Part shown: one piece after another, positions 34,176 to 44,671 of the stretch | Layout: each line of letters opens with the position of its first letter | How positions within the stretch are numbered: position 1 is the stretch's first letter | From: an uncultured virus (IMG/VR IMGVR_UViG_3300009684_000026) | Taxonomy: Duplodnaviria; Heunggongvirae; Uroviricota; Caudoviricetes | Direction: 5' to 3' (one strand) | IMG/VR virus record: IMGVR_UViG_3300009684_000026 | Length of the DNA: 64,000 nucleotides | Translations under genes and position numbers: made by a program | Notes under the pieces: model-generated | Told to the model about the DNA's origin: nothing | The model's input: only the letters and a program-made list of their open reading frames with translations | The model's database searches: none

Positions 34176-35768
34176 ATGCCTATTGATTACGACGACAATA
34201 AGTTTGAAGAAATCAATCCAAAGTTTTATACTCAAGAAACTGACGAAGAAGAACTACCTATAGATGAGCCTTTAGATGAGCTATCACAACAATTTGTAGA
34301 CAAGCTTATTGACAAGATGATGGACTTCTTAAAAGTTTTGGTTGGACACGATCTGCACCCATACCAGAAGCCTTTAGCACGACGCATTATGGAGTCAGTC
34401 ATTATCAATGATGCGGAAGAAATTACAGCTCTTGCTGCTCGTCAGTCCGGTAAATCCGAGACAGTAGCAGATACCGTAGTTACTTTGATGATTCTTTTAC
34501 CTCGGCTTGCAAAACTTTATCCAGACCTTTTAGGAAAGTTTAAAGATGGTGTATGGGTAGGGCTATTTGCTCCAACCGAAGGACAGGCAGAAACTCTGTT
34601 TGGTCGTGCCGTAACCCGCCTTACTTCAGAACGTGCGTTAGAAATATTAAACGATGTAGAAATTGATGACAAAGCTGCTCGTGTTGGCGGAGTCACACGC
34701 ATGATAAAACTTACTAACTCTGGCTCTAGCATAACAATGATGACTGCTAACCCACGAGCAAAAATTGAATCTAAGTCGTTTCATTTGATTGTGATTGATG
34801 AGTGTCAAGAAGCTGACGACTTTGTTGTATCTAAATCTATCGCCCCTATGTTGGCTTATTATGCCGGAACCATGGTAAAAACCGGGACTCCTACGACAAG
34901 CAAAAATAACTTTTATAAAGCTATCCAACTTAACAGACGTCGTCAGACCACTCGTGGAGCTAGACAAAACCATTTTCAGTGGGACTGGAAAGAAGTTATT
35001 AAATACAACAAAAACTATGAACGGTCTATACGAAAAGAGATGCTTCGTATTGGCGAAGATTCAGACGAGTTTCAAATGTCGTACTCTTGTAAATGGTTGT
35101 TGGAACGAGGAATGTTTATTACCGCCTCTAAAATGGATGAGCTTGGTGACACCTCTCAAGAGCTGGTTAAATCATGGCATAAGACCCCGTGTGTAGTCGG
35201 GATTGACCCAGCACGAAAAACTGACTCTACAGTTGTTACAGTAGTGTGGGTTGATTGGGATAGGCCAGATGAGTTTGGGTATTTTGATCATCGGATTCTT
35301 AATTGGATGGAACTGCAGGGCGACGATTGGGAAGAGCAATACTTTCAAATAGTAAACTTTTTAGAAAATTATGACGTGTTAGCTGTTGGCGTAGACGCTA
35401 ACGGTGTTGGAGATGCGGTTGCACAGAGGCTAAAACTTTTATTGCCTAGAGCAGAGGTTATGCCATTAACGTCCTCTCCCTCAGAACAATCAAAGAGATG
35501 GAAACATTTACAAGCGTTGATTCAAAGAGAGCTTATTAGTTGGCCTGCTCATGCTAAAACTCGTAGGTTGAGAACTTGGAAACGGTTCTACCAACAAATG
35601 ACTGATGCAGAAGTACAGTTTAAAGGCCCAAATTTTATGGTAGCTGCTCCTGAAGAAGCATATTCCCATGACGACTTTGTTGACTCTCTTTCAATAGCTT
35701 GTGCTTTGACTCAAGATTTAGTAATGCCAGAAGTAGTTTCTTCTAGCAATCCTTTTTTTGGGAGTTAA
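34176..35768 (+). CDS. terL: Terminase large subunit
   Basis: HPYQ, Walker A ARQSGKS, Walker B IVIDE, GTP coupling motif, nuclease GIDPA...HDDFVDS. Confidence 0.93.
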   Translation: MPIDYDDNKFEEINPKFYTQETDEEELPIDEPLDELSQQFVDKLIDKMMDFLKVLVGHDLHPYQKPLARRIMESVIINDAEEITALAARQSGKSETVADTVVTLMILLPRLAKLYPDLLGKFKDGVWVGLFAPTEGQAETLFGRAVTRLTSERALEILNDVEIDDKAARVGGVTRMIKLTNSGSSITMMTANPRAKIESKSFHLIVIDECQEADDFVVSKSIAPMLAYYAGTMVKTGTPTTSKNNFYKAIQLNRRRQTTRGARQNHFQWDWKEVIKYNKNYERSIRKEMLRIGEDSDEFQMSYSCKWLLERGMFITASKMDELGDTSQELVKSWHKTPCVVGIDPARKTDSTVVTVVWVDWDRPDEFGYFDHRILNWMELQGDDWEEQYFQIVNFLENYDVLAVGVDANGVGDAVAQRLKLLLPRAEVMPLTSSPSEQSKRWKHLQALIQRELISWPAHAKTRRLRTWKRFYQQMTDAEVQFKGPNFMVAAPEEAYSHDDFVDSLSIACALTQDLVMPEVVSSSNPFFGS

Positions 35769-35844
35769 GCAACACAAAGAGCAAATAAAGAGGGAAACTA
35801 TACACAGGAAAAGGCCTTTCCGTGTTTAACCTTAAGGAGTAATA

Positions 35845-36240
35845 ATGTCAATTTCACCAGCAATACAATTCCCAGAACGTTCTCCTCAAATGTATGAGCG
35901 CAAGGGAGCAGCTAACGTAACTCGTCGTGGTCCACTTCGTTTTGAAGAGGGAATTGCAACAGATACAGATGTCCCAAATGATTTTCAGAAAGGCATGATG
36001 CAGGGCTACATTCCTGCACCAGGTCGCCCAAACCACAATGCTAACGTTTTTGAGAAGCCAGCTGCAGAAACTCTTGCAGAGCGTGCTCACGTTGGCTCAG
36101 CTTCATGGGTTGAAGCTCCAACATTTCTTGGAGAATTTGCACATGGAACAATGAACGATTACTCAGCTCAAATCATTGAGACAGTAGCTCGCTCAGGTGG
36201 ACGCACTCAGCGTCAATCTGCAACAGTCGTAAACGACTAG
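35845..36240 (+). CDS. Hypothetical protein in the head module
   Basis: 131-aa ORF, AAGGAG SD, codon usage like the capsid gene. Confidence 0.75.
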   Translation: MSISPAIQFPERSPQMYERKGAANVTRRGPLRFEEGIATDTDVPNDFQKGMMQGYIPAPGRPNHNANVFEKPAAETLAERAHVGSASWVEAPTFLGEFAHGTMNDYSAQIIETVARSGGRTQRQSATVVND

Positions 36241-36259
36241 TTTAGTAAGACATTCGTAT

Positions 36260-36281
36260 GCCCCCGCACTAGTGTGGGGGC
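36260..36281 (+). terminator. GC-rich hairpin without a U-tract (terminator or processing site)
   Basis: GCCCCCGCA-CTAG-TGTGGGGGC. Confidence 0.45.
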
Positions 36282-36306
36282 TATCGGATTATGAAGAGGA
36301 GAAATA

Positions 36307-36564
36307 GTGGCTAGTAAACCCGCAAATGAAAAACTGTATGCGATGATCGTTGCACAGGCTAAAGCTAAATATTCTAACTACCCAAACCCTGGAGCTAGTC
36401 ATTGGGTTCATAAGCGCTACATTGAATCAGGTGGCAAGTTTATTGACACCACCGAATTAACTCGTCGTAAAGATATTGCTAAAAAATCGTTTGAAAATAA
36501 ACGTAAAAAAGAAGCGGCTACTGAAAAAAAACCATCTAAGAAAGACAAGAAGAAAGATAAGTAA
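36307..36564 (+). CDS. Small basic protein
   Basis: GAGGAG SD; YPNPGASHWVHKRY..GG; Lys-rich tail. Confidence 0.7.
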   Translation: MASKPANEKLYAMIVAQAKAKYSNYPNPGASHWVHKRYIESGGKFIDTTELTRRKDIAKKSFENKRKKEAATEKKPSKKDKKKDK

Positions 36565-38300
36565 TGTCATTTCTTGACTTCTCCCCACCATCGTACAGAG
36601 CAGCTTCCTCTGATTTAACTATTTCTATTTCCCCACTGGGATTAGTAGAGTTAGCAGATGAGGAGTTTGAAGTCCATGGTCCTCGCTTAAACCGTTATTC
36701 ACTTAACTGGGCAATGTATCTTGGTCACCATTGGGGATACCGCCGTGAATCTGGTGAGATGCAAATTGCTGTTAACTACTACCGTGCATTTAATGATTTC
36801 TTAGCCCGATTTGTTTTTGGCAAAGGCGTTCATTTCAGGTCACCTAAAGCAACAGAAGCAATTATTCCAGACCGATTAGAACGCATTTGGGAAGTAGACA
36901 ATGACAAGATGCGTGTTCTGCTTGAGATGGGACAGCAAGGCGGCATTTCGGGAGATGTGTTTGTAAAGGTTGCATACGAAGAACCTTGGGTAGATTCAGC
37001 AGGCGGTAATCATCCAGGACGAGTTCGTATTCTTCCAATGAACTCTTCTTTTTGTTTTCCTGAGTTTCACCCACATGACCGTACTCGTTTGCTTCGGTTT
37101 AAGCAGAAATATCGTTTTTGGGGAACTTCCCTAGAAGGCACTCGCCAAGTTTTTACTTACACTGAAATCTTAACTGACGACACAATTGAAGAATATATCA
37201 ACGATGAACTCATTGACTCACGTCCAAATCCGCTTGGAATTGTCCCTGTAGTTCACATTCCTAACGTTCCTGTTTCAGGTTCACCGTGGGGTCTCGCAGA
37301 CGCACACGACATCATCACCATAAACCGAGCCTATAATGAGATATCAACTGACGTAGCAGACATCATTAACTATCACGCTTCCCCTGTGACAGTTATTGTA
37401 GGTGCTAAAGCCTCTAATCTTGAAAAAGGCGCAAAGAAGGTTTGGGGCGGTCTTCCAAAAGATGCTCAAGTCTTCAACTTAGAAGGTGGAGCTCAAGGCA
37501 TTGATGGGGCCTTGAAATACCTAGAACTTCTAAAACGCTCAATGCATGAACTAATGAACATTCCAGAAACCGCACTGGGACAAGTTCAACCTATCTCCAA
37601 CACATCTGGTGTAGCTCTTTCTATTCAGTATCAGCCTTTAATGAACCGCCATGCACAAAAAGTTGCTCAATATGGTATTGGTATTGAAAAAATAAACGAG
37701 ATTGCTCTTCGTACATTGGCTCTTAAGGAGCCTATGGAGTTTATGTACAACCCAGATACTGATGGGCCGATTAAAGAAGGTCAACTTACCCAACTAGATT
37801 TTGCTGATCCGATATCGTATAAAAACTACGTTCACTTTCCACAGCCATTACCGTTAGACAAACTGATTTTGTTAAACGAGATTCAAACAAAAATTGGTAT
37901 GGGACTTGAGTCTAAGGAAGGCGCTCTTCGTACTTTGGGTGAGGAATTCCCCGAAGAGAAGCTACAAGAAATTCGTGAAGAGCTTATTGCAGATGCTCAA
38001 GCAGATGGGGCTCTAGAACTGATAAGAATTCAAGTACAAAAGGCAATCATGGATATGACTGGCATGATGCCTGGTCCAGATGGTTCTTCTGCTATTCCTC
38101 TTCAACCAACAGAGTTAGCAGATGGAGATGTATTAGGAGATGGAATTGAAGGACCTCAAACTGAGGAAAATAAAAACGATCCTTCTAACCAACAGTCGCA
38201 AGGCATAGAAGCACAAGCTGAAGCGTCTATACGAGAGAAACTTGTCACTCAAGCCTATGGCACCAAAATGCCGCAAAGGAGAACAGTAGACAAGGAATAA
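36564..38300 (+). CDS. Portal protein (SPP1 gp6-like)
   Basis: Lies after terL; NPLGIVPVVHIPN, SNTSGVAL motifs. Confidence 0.85.
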   Translation: MSFLDFSPPSYRAASSDLTISISPLGLVELADEEFEVHGPRLNRYSLNWAMYLGHHWGYRRESGEMQIAVNYYRAFNDFLARFVFGKGVHFRSPKATEAIIPDRLERIWEVDNDKMRVLLEMGQQGGISGDVFVKVAYEEPWVDSAGGNHPGRVRILPMNSSFCFPEFHPHDRTRLLRFKQKYRFWGTSLEGTRQVFTYTEILTDDTIEEYINDELIDSRPNPLGIVPVVHIPNVPVSGSPWGLADAHDIITINRAYNEISTDVADIINYHASPVTVIVGAKASNLEKGAKKVWGGLPKDAQVFNLEGGAQGIDGALKYLELLKRSMHELMNIPETALGQVQPISNTSGVALSIQYQPLMNRHAQKVAQYGIGIEKINEIALRTLALKEPMEFMYNPDTDGPIKEGQLTQLDFADPISYKNYVHFPQPLPLDKLILLNEIQTKIGMGLESKEGALRTLGEEFPEEKLQEIREELIADAQADGALELIRIQVQKAIMDMTGMMPGPDGSSAIPLQPTELADGDVLGDGIEGPQTEENKNDPSNQQSQGIEAQAEASIREKLVTQAYGTKMPQRRTVDKE

Positions 38301-38418
38301 AAATAAGTATGAATATAGCAAGACATTTAGTCATAAATGATATGCAATTGTCTTGTTAAATTAACGTGCTACGCCGCAAGGCATTCGGAAAACTAACCAA
38401 GAAAGATAAGTGACCTAA

Positions 38419-39171
38419 ATGGCTGAAAATGAAGAAATAACAGAGGTAGCAAAAGAGCAGTTTGAAAATGCTACTCTTGAAAGTACGGAGACAGCTTTGA
38501 GCGGATTTACTGCAGACGACCTTGCAAAAGCTCGTTCTCAGGAAAAAGCTAAGCTATATCCCCAAATGGAAAAAATGGCTAATGAACTTGCTGCGTTAAA
38601 GAAAGCGCAAGAAGAAGAAGCCGCTCAACGTCAGGCTAGAAAAGCTAAACGTGAAGCACAAGAAGCAGCAAAAGTAAAACAAGCAGAAGAAGAAGAACTT
38701 TCTGCTAAAGAACTCCTCGCTAAGAAGGAGCAAGAATGGAATTCTCAAATTGAGAACGAACGTCTTGAACGAGAAAAAGCTTTTGCGCTTTTGCAAAAAG
38801 AACAAGAACTAAATCATCTAAACAACTATCGCCAAGCTCGTGTAGAACAAGAACGTGAAAGTATCGTTCCTGAACTAGTTGACCTAATTAACGGTGATAC
38901 TGAAGATGAAATTGAAAATAGTATTGCCATACTTCGTGAGAAGTCGCAAAGTATATTGCAGTCTGCTCAAGCAGCTATGCAATCAGCAAAGCAACAAATG
39001 GCAGGTACCCGTATAACGGTTCCTGCTTCAGGACCCCTGGATAATGATTCGGAACAAAATTACGCTACTCCTGATTCTATCAGAGATATGTCATTGGCAG
39101 ATTATGCGAAACAAAGAGCCAAACTTCTTGGCACTGCAGCCAGCAACCGTGGTCAGGGACTGTTCGGTTAA
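38419..39171 (+). CDS. Capsid scaffolding protein
   Basis: Coiled coil directly before the capsid gene; ends MSLADYAKQRAKLLG. Confidence 0.75.
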   Translation: MAENEEITEVAKEQFENATLESTETALSGFTADDLAKARSQEKAKLYPQMEKMANELAALKKAQEEEAAQRQARKAKREAQEAAKVKQAEEEELSAKELLAKKEQEWNSQIENERLEREKAFALLQKEQELNHLNNYRQARVEQERESIVPELVDLINGDTEDEIENSIAILREKSQSILQSAQAAMQSAKQQMAGTRITVPASGPLDNDSEQNYATPDSIRDMSLADYAKQRAKLLGTAASNRGQGLFG

Positions 39172-39209
39172 TTCCCCCCCAACTAACAAAAGAAAGGACT
39201 TGACCCAAA

Positions 39210-40337
39210 ATGGCAGGTTCAGCAATTACAGGTTCATCCCAACTAGCGGGTGCACCAACAGCTTACTCAGGTGCTAATTCATCTTTGAATCAAGCAATTC
39301 AAACAATCTGGTCCAAGGAAATCTTGTTCCAGGCAATGCCAATTCTTCGTTTTGAACAGTTTGCAGTCAAGAAGACTGAACTAGGAGTAGCTCCTGGTCT
39401 TCGTGTAAACTTCCTTCGTTACAAGAACTTTGCAGTAGACCCATCACCTCTTACTGAAGGTGTCCGTATGACAACCAATGCTCTCACAGCAGAGCAGATT
39501 GCAATCACAGTTGCAGAACACGGCTACGCAGTAGCAGTTTCTGAACTTCTTTTGAATGCATCATTTGATGACGTAATGGCTTCAGCCTCACGTCTTCTTG
39601 GTCGTCACATGGCACAGTACCTAGATGTACAAGCACGTAACACACTTTCTGCAGCAACATCAGCAGTATTTGGTTATGACCGCTCAGGCATCTCAGGTGG
39701 CGCTTTCACTAACTACGATGAGGGAACAGCTGCTACAGCAATCTCACAACTTGATGGTGCTTTCAAGCTAACCACAGGTGCAATCAAGGATGCAGCTCTT
39801 ACCCTTGCTGGTAAGAACATCCCTCGCTTAGGTGAGACATACGTACAGTTCGTACACCCAAAGCAGTCTCGTGACCTTCGCTCTAACCCAGAGTTCATTG
39901 AAGTCACAAAGTACGCTGCTCCAGGTAACTTCATGCTCGGTGAAATTGGTCGTCTATACGACGTAGTATTCATTGAAACAACACAGGTTAAGAAGCTTGC
40001 TATTAACGCAAGCTACACAACTTCTGATTTGGTTGGCGCTCCAGCAGACCAGGTTTCTGTCCCAGTACTTCCTAACACAGGTCGTGGTCAAGGCGGAAAT
40101 CCAGAAAACCCAGCAGAAGCAACAGGTTACTTCACAAGCGCAACAGGTAATGCTGCTGAAGTTTATGAATCAATCATGATTGGTGACAATGCATTTGGTC
40201 ACGCAATCTCTCTCCCAGTTGAACTACGTGACGGTGGCGTTCTTGACTTCGGTCGTGAGCACGCTCTTGCATGGTATGCAATTTGGGGACTCGGTGTTAT
40301 CACCGATCAAGCAATCGTCAAGGTTTACACAAACTAA
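39210..40337 (+). CDS. Major capsid protein (N4-gp56-like family)
   Basis: LTEGV, EHG, YVQFVHP, GEIGRLYDVVFIET, DFGRE, AWYAIWG; strong codon bias. Confidence 0.9.
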   Translation: MAGSAITGSSQLAGAPTAYSGANSSLNQAIQTIWSKEILFQAMPILRFEQFAVKKTELGVAPGLRVNFLRYKNFAVDPSPLTEGVRMTTNALTAEQIAITVAEHGYAVAVSELLLNASFDDVMASASRLLGRHMAQYLDVQARNTLSAATSAVFGYDRSGISGGAFTNYDEGTAATAISQLDGAFKLTTGAIKDAALTLAGKNIPRLGETYVQFVHPKQSRDLRSNPEFIEVTKYAAPGNFMLGEIGRLYDVVFIETTQVKKLAINASYTTSDLVGAPADQVSVPVLPNTGRGQGGNPENPAEATGYFTSATGNAAEVYESIMIGDNAFGHAISLPVELRDGGVLDFGREHALAWYAIWGLGVITDQAIVKVYTN

Positions 40338-40415
40338 GACAACGGGTGTCTGTGGGCCCTACTCCTTCCTGGGCCCACAGCCATCAACAACAAACTAACA
40401 TAGGAGAAATACACC

Positions 40416-40787
40416 GTGGCAAACACACCAACTAGTCCATTAGACGCAACCGGACGCGCTGCCGAACAAGCAGCAAAGAAAAACGCAAAAGCTATCAAAG
40501 ATCGTAAAGATGAAATCTCAATTGCAGCACAAGTTGAGGCTGAAAGTTTAGAAAATAACATTTTTGATCCAAAGAAACCAGATACACCACTTGTCTTAGA
40601 TGAGATTGAGAACGTTGGAGTAACGACTGCAAATGACACAGTCATTATCCGCACCATCACAGACATTGAAGAAATGACTTACGGAGTTGGAAATCATTAC
40701 ACCTTTAAAGCAGGTGTTAAATACCGAGTTTCACGTGGTCTAGCAAATTACTTAGAACAACTTGGTTACATTTGGCGGCCTAACTAA
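40416..40787 (+). CDS. Hypothetical protein, probably head-associated
   Basis: AGGAG SD, GTG start, follows the capsid gene. Confidence 0.75.
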   Translation: MANTPTSPLDATGRAAEQAAKKNAKAIKDRKDEISIAAQVEAESLENNIFDPKKPDTPLVLDEIENVGVTTANDTVIIRTITDIEEMTYGVGNHYTFKAGVKYRVSRGLANYLEQLGYIWRPN

Positions 40788-40801
40788 GCCGTCAGCACGT
40801 G

Positions 40802-40853
40802 TCTAACTCCAACTGGTTCCCGCCCTCCTCCCAGTTGGGGTTGGACCTTTTTT
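40802..40853 (+). terminator. Intrinsic terminator of the capsid operon
   Basis: 15-bp stem with G-U pairs, 14-nt loop, T6 tract. Confidence 0.75.
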
Positions 40854-40901
40854 ATTTGCTTATCTTTGAGATGATTGTTCTATATAGTTTTTGGAGGTTA
40901 C

Positions 40902-41951
40902 GTGGCAACGCTATCAAGTCTCGCAGATCGTTTACGGTCTGAACTTGGAGATATGAGCAAATCGTTTGTGTATCAAACGGTTGCTGATGGGGTTACTAAC
41001 CGCTACTTAATACCGTACTCTCCATTAGATGGTTTAAATTTAGTTGTAACTGTTGGTGCAGCAGATGTCTCCAATGCTGTAGAGGTAGAGGAAACTACTG
41101 GCTACCTGACGTTTGATACATTGCCAACAGCTGGTGCACCTATCATAGTTGCTGGAACTTACTACCGTTATTTTACAAACGCAGAAATTTGCCAGTATAT
41201 TGATACTGCATTTGGTCAACATGTTTCTAACCATGCAGATGGGTATGGTCGTGGTTACACACTATCTACACTACCTGGAGTTGAAGAATACCCAGTTGTA
41301 GTTTATGCCTCTACTCTTGCTCTCTACACTTTAGCAACAGATGCTTCGTTTGACATTGATATTACTGCCCCTGATGGAGTTCAGATTCCTCGTTCTGAAC
41401 GGTATCGTCAATTGATGCAAATGATTCAGAGCCGCAAAGATCAATACAGAGAACTATGTTCTCAACTTGGTATTGGTCTGTACAAAATTGACGTCTTTAC
41501 TCTGCGTCGTACATCAAAAACAACAGATAGATATGTACCTATTTATTTGCCACAAGAAGTTGATGATCGTTCTATGCCTCAACGTGCCATCATACCTATC
41601 CCAAGTTATGGAAGCGCTATTGCACCATCTGATGTTCCTACCTATGACTTAATGATGTACCAAGGAGATTCATTTCAAGTTGAACTTGACTTTCCATTTG
41701 ATATATCTGGTTATACATTTACTTCTCAAATTCGTGTTCAACCATCAAGTCCTACGTTAGTATCCACGTTTACAATTACTCCAGTTGAAGGAAATAATCA
41801 AAAACTTACGCTGTCTCTTACTAACGCACAAACCACGGATATTCCAGAACGTTGTTTTTGGGACATACAAGCTACAACAGATGCCGATCCAACGTATCAA
41901 AAAACATACATGCGTGGAACAGTCACGTGTACTCGTGAGGTGACAATGTGA
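40902..41951 (+). CDS. Head-tail adaptor-like virion protein
   Basis: GGAGG SD/GTG; LRSELGD, YFTNAEI, IPRSERYRQL; C-terminal YQGDSF domain. Confidence 0.6.
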   Translation: MATLSSLADRLRSELGDMSKSFVYQTVADGVTNRYLIPYSPLDGLNLVVTVGAADVSNAVEVEETTGYLTFDTLPTAGAPIIVAGTYYRYFTNAEICQYIDTAFGQHVSNHADGYGRGYTLSTLPGVEEYPVVVYASTLALYTLATDASFDIDITAPDGVQIPRSERYRQLMQMIQSRKDQYRELCSQLGIGLYKIDVFTLRRTSKTTDRYVPIYLPQEVDDRSMPQRAIIPIPSYGSAIAPSDVPTYDLMMYQGDSFQVELDFPFDISGYTFTSQIRVQPSSPTLVSTFTITPVEGNNQKLTLSLTNAQTTDIPERCFWDIQATTDADPTYQKTYMRGTVTCTREVTM

Positions 41952-42349
41952 CGCACAGAAATAACTGTACCTGCTCATCTTGTGCGCCAATTGTTGTTCA
42001 AGCAACTAACCCAACTGTTATAAATGTAACCGTCCCTACCGGAGCGCAAAGTACACAATCAACGGTAATTGTTCGCCCAGGTCAAGGCGGAGCACATGGA
42101 GTACAAGGTATTCAAGGGTTACAAGGAATACAAGGTGTACAAGGACTTACTCCACCAATTGCTTACACACATAACCAAGGAAGTCCTAGTAATAGTTGGA
42201 TTATCTATCATAATCTTGATTACTATCCTAACGTTACAATCGTAGATTCTGGAGGTACAATCTGTGAAGGAGACTACGACTATCCTACTCGGAACATTGT
42301 TACCGCTACATTTTCTTCGCCTTTTTCAGGAAAAGCCTATTTATCTTAA
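41948..42349 (+). CDS. Virion protein with a short collagen-like tract
   Basis: GxQ repeats; YTHNQ..W.I.HNL..YPNV C-terminal domain. Confidence 0.7.
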   Translation: MTHRNNCTCSSCAPIVVQATNPTVINVTVPTGAQSTQSTVIVRPGQGGAHGVQGIQGLQGIQGVQGLTPPIAYTHNQGSPSNSWIIYHNLDYYPNVTIVDSGGTICEGDYDYPTRNIVTATFSSPFSGKAYLS

Positions 42350-42361
42350 GGAGATAACCAA

Positions 42362-44647
42362 GTGGCACGTAAGTTTTTAACCCCAATTGATTTAACTGGT
42401 CTTGAACTTCAGAACTTTAAGGTTCAAAATTTAGGTGTTAATCCAACCCCGTACGGTGCCGGTCACTCTTATTACAACACACTTGCAAAAGAGCTTCGCA
42501 TTTATGACGGAACATCATGGCTTCCAGTCGGCGGTTCTATTGAGTACGGAACGTACGCGGATATCCCTGCTGCAGGCAACAACGGACGTGTCTACGCAAC
42601 AACTGATACCAGGACTTTATACTTAGATTACAGTTCTGCTTGGATTCAAATCGGTCCGTCAGGAACTTCATCGTATGTAAACTCTGTAAATGGTACAGCA
42701 AACCAAATTGCAGTTGATCAAACCACAGGTGATGTAACTGTAAGTCTTCCTTCGTATATTGATATTCCTAACGGCGAAATACATATTCGTAAAACAGAGT
42801 ATTGGAGAGGTGGTGACCAATACGGCATCATTGCTGCAAATCCAAGTAGCTCTGGAGAGTTTGCAGTTGTTGCAATTAACCAACTTGCTTTAGAAGCAAA
42901 CAATGGTGATATTTACATTGAACCATCTACCACTCTTACTATATTTAATAACAACCTTACCATCAATGGTGACGGCGGCATTATCACCACTGACGTCAAT
43001 TCACTTCACCTTACCGCAGACGACGGTACCGTAACAACAGACACTAGTGAATTTCATACACCCAAGGTAGAACTATGGAAAGATGGAGATACCTCTGGGT
43101 CTCGTTTAGGTATTATTGTTGCTCATCCATCTGATGGAAGCTTGTCTATTGCTGCAAGCAATCAACTTGTGTTGGAATCACACAGCGGAGATATTAACTT
43201 AGAGCCAAGCACTGATTACACTTGGTTTGGTGGCAACACTTACATCAGGGGTTCAAGCGGAATTCTTGGTACAGATGGCGGTCCTCTCACTCTTCAAGCA
43301 GACAACGGAGTAATAACTACTCTTAGCCAAGAAATCCACACTCGCAAAACTGAGTATTGGTATGGTGGAGATGCTGCAGGATACCAACGTGGCGTCATTG
43401 CTGCACTCTCTTCTGGAGAGTTCACTGTGGTTGCTACAACTGGAGACCTTGGTCTTGAATCAAACAGTGGCGATGTAGTACTTGCTGCTAACGGAAACGT
43501 TAAGATTGATGGTACCGACGGAATTACTCTCCGAGATTCTGGACAAACCGAATACCTAAATATTTACAAGTCTAGTACAGGAACAGCAAGACTTGTTGCT
43601 GCTGATGACCTTTCTCTTCGTGCAACTAACGACATCATTCTTTACCCAGGAAACGATGTTGGTGGTCACACAGGTAAAGCATATATCCACTGGGGTGATG
43701 ATGCGGCTAACGCACACCCAGAACGTGAAATTGCCACTATCGGTACTTCACAGACCTTTAGCAATAAGACTCTAAACTCAGCAACTCTTGGAAATAACCT
43801 TAACGCTGGTGGCTACACCATTACAAACCTTGCAACTCCAACAAACCCAGATGATGCTGCAACTAAGGGCTACGTAGATGCAACTGCACAAGGGCTCTTT
43901 GTTCTTGGTTCAGTACGCATGGCATCAAGTACAAACCTGAACATTACTGGAAATAACTCAGGGTCAATTGGCGGAGTAGCTCCAGCAAATGGTGACCGAG
44001 TACTTGTTAAGTCACAGACAACTTTGACTGAAAACGGAATTTATATTTACAGTTCTGCGTCTCAAACTCTTATTCCTTCAACAAATGTTGTGGATGTAGA
44101 CCTCAAAGAAGGTTCCTACGTCCTTGTAGAAGAAGGAACATACGCTGCTCAAGGTTGGATTGTTACAGCGTTTGCTGCTGGTGCTTCAACATGGACACAG
44201 TTCTCAGCCGCTGGTGAATACACAGCAGGTTATGGAATTGACATCAGTGATGGAGCAATCTCAGTCAAACTTGATTCAGATAGCCTCTCAAAGTCTGGTG
44301 ATGGCCTTAAGTTAAACATCTTTGCTAATGGCGGTTTGGATAATGATGGTGGAGTTTATGTAAAGACAGCCAATGGTGTAAAAGTTGATACAAGCGGAAA
44401 CGTTACGATTGATACCACGATTGTTGCTAGAAAGTATTCTGAAACGATTACTTACACCGGAACACCAACTATGCCGTTTACTATCACGCATAATTTAGGT
44501 ACTAAAAATGTACAAGTTACCGTTTACGAAGTGGATACAGGAGAAGACGTTTTCGTAGACATTGCTCGTACAACAACCAATGCTATTACGGTAGACTTTG
44601 CTGTGCTTCCTGCTTCAGGAGCATACACCGTAGTAGTAATTGGGTAA
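42362..44647 (+). CDS. Fibre-like virion protein
   Basis: Three internal ~90-aa repeats; ITNLATPT..DAATKGYVD, GDRVLVKSQ..ENGIY, THNLGT motifs. Confidence 0.7.
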   Translation: MARKFLTPIDLTGLELQNFKVQNLGVNPTPYGAGHSYYNTLAKELRIYDGTSWLPVGGSIEYGTYADIPAAGNNGRVYATTDTRTLYLDYSSAWIQIGPSGTSSYVNSVNGTANQIAVDQTTGDVTVSLPSYIDIPNGEIHIRKTEYWRGGDQYGIIAANPSSSGEFAVVAINQLALEANNGDIYIEPSTTLTIFNNNLTINGDGGIITTDVNSLHLTADDGTVTTDTSEFHTPKVELWKDGDTSGSRLGIIVAHPSDGSLSIAASNQLVLESHSGDINLEPSTDYTWFGGNTYIRGSSGILGTDGGPLTLQADNGVITTLSQEIHTRKTEYWYGGDAAGYQRGVIAALSSGEFTVVATTGDLGLESNSGDVVLAANGNVKIDGTDGITLRDSGQTEYLNIYKSSTGTARLVAADDLSLRATNDIILYPGNDVGGHTGKAYIHWGDDAANAHPEREIATIGTSQTFSNKTLNSATLGNNLNAGGYTITNLATPTNPDDAATKGYVDATAQGLFVLGSVRMASSTNLNITGNNSGSIGGVAPANGDRVLVKSQTTLTENGIYIYSSASQTLIPSTNVVDVDLKEGSYVLVEEGTYAAQGWIVTAFAAGASTWTQFSAAGEYTAGYGIDISDGAISVKLDSDSLSKSGDGLKLNIFANGGLDNDGGVYVKTANGVKVDTSGNVTIDTTIVARKYSETITYTGTPTMPFTITHNLGTKNVQVTVYEVDTGEDVFVDIARTTTNAITVDFAVLPASGAYTVVVIG

Positions 44648-44671
44648 ACAACCTAACTAGGAGTACCGTTA

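Noticed and set aside
34176..35768. Intein or intron in terL (also checked in nrdJ)
   Set aside because: Both ORFs have normal length and continuous motifs, with no splice-junction or homing-endonuclease insert seen.
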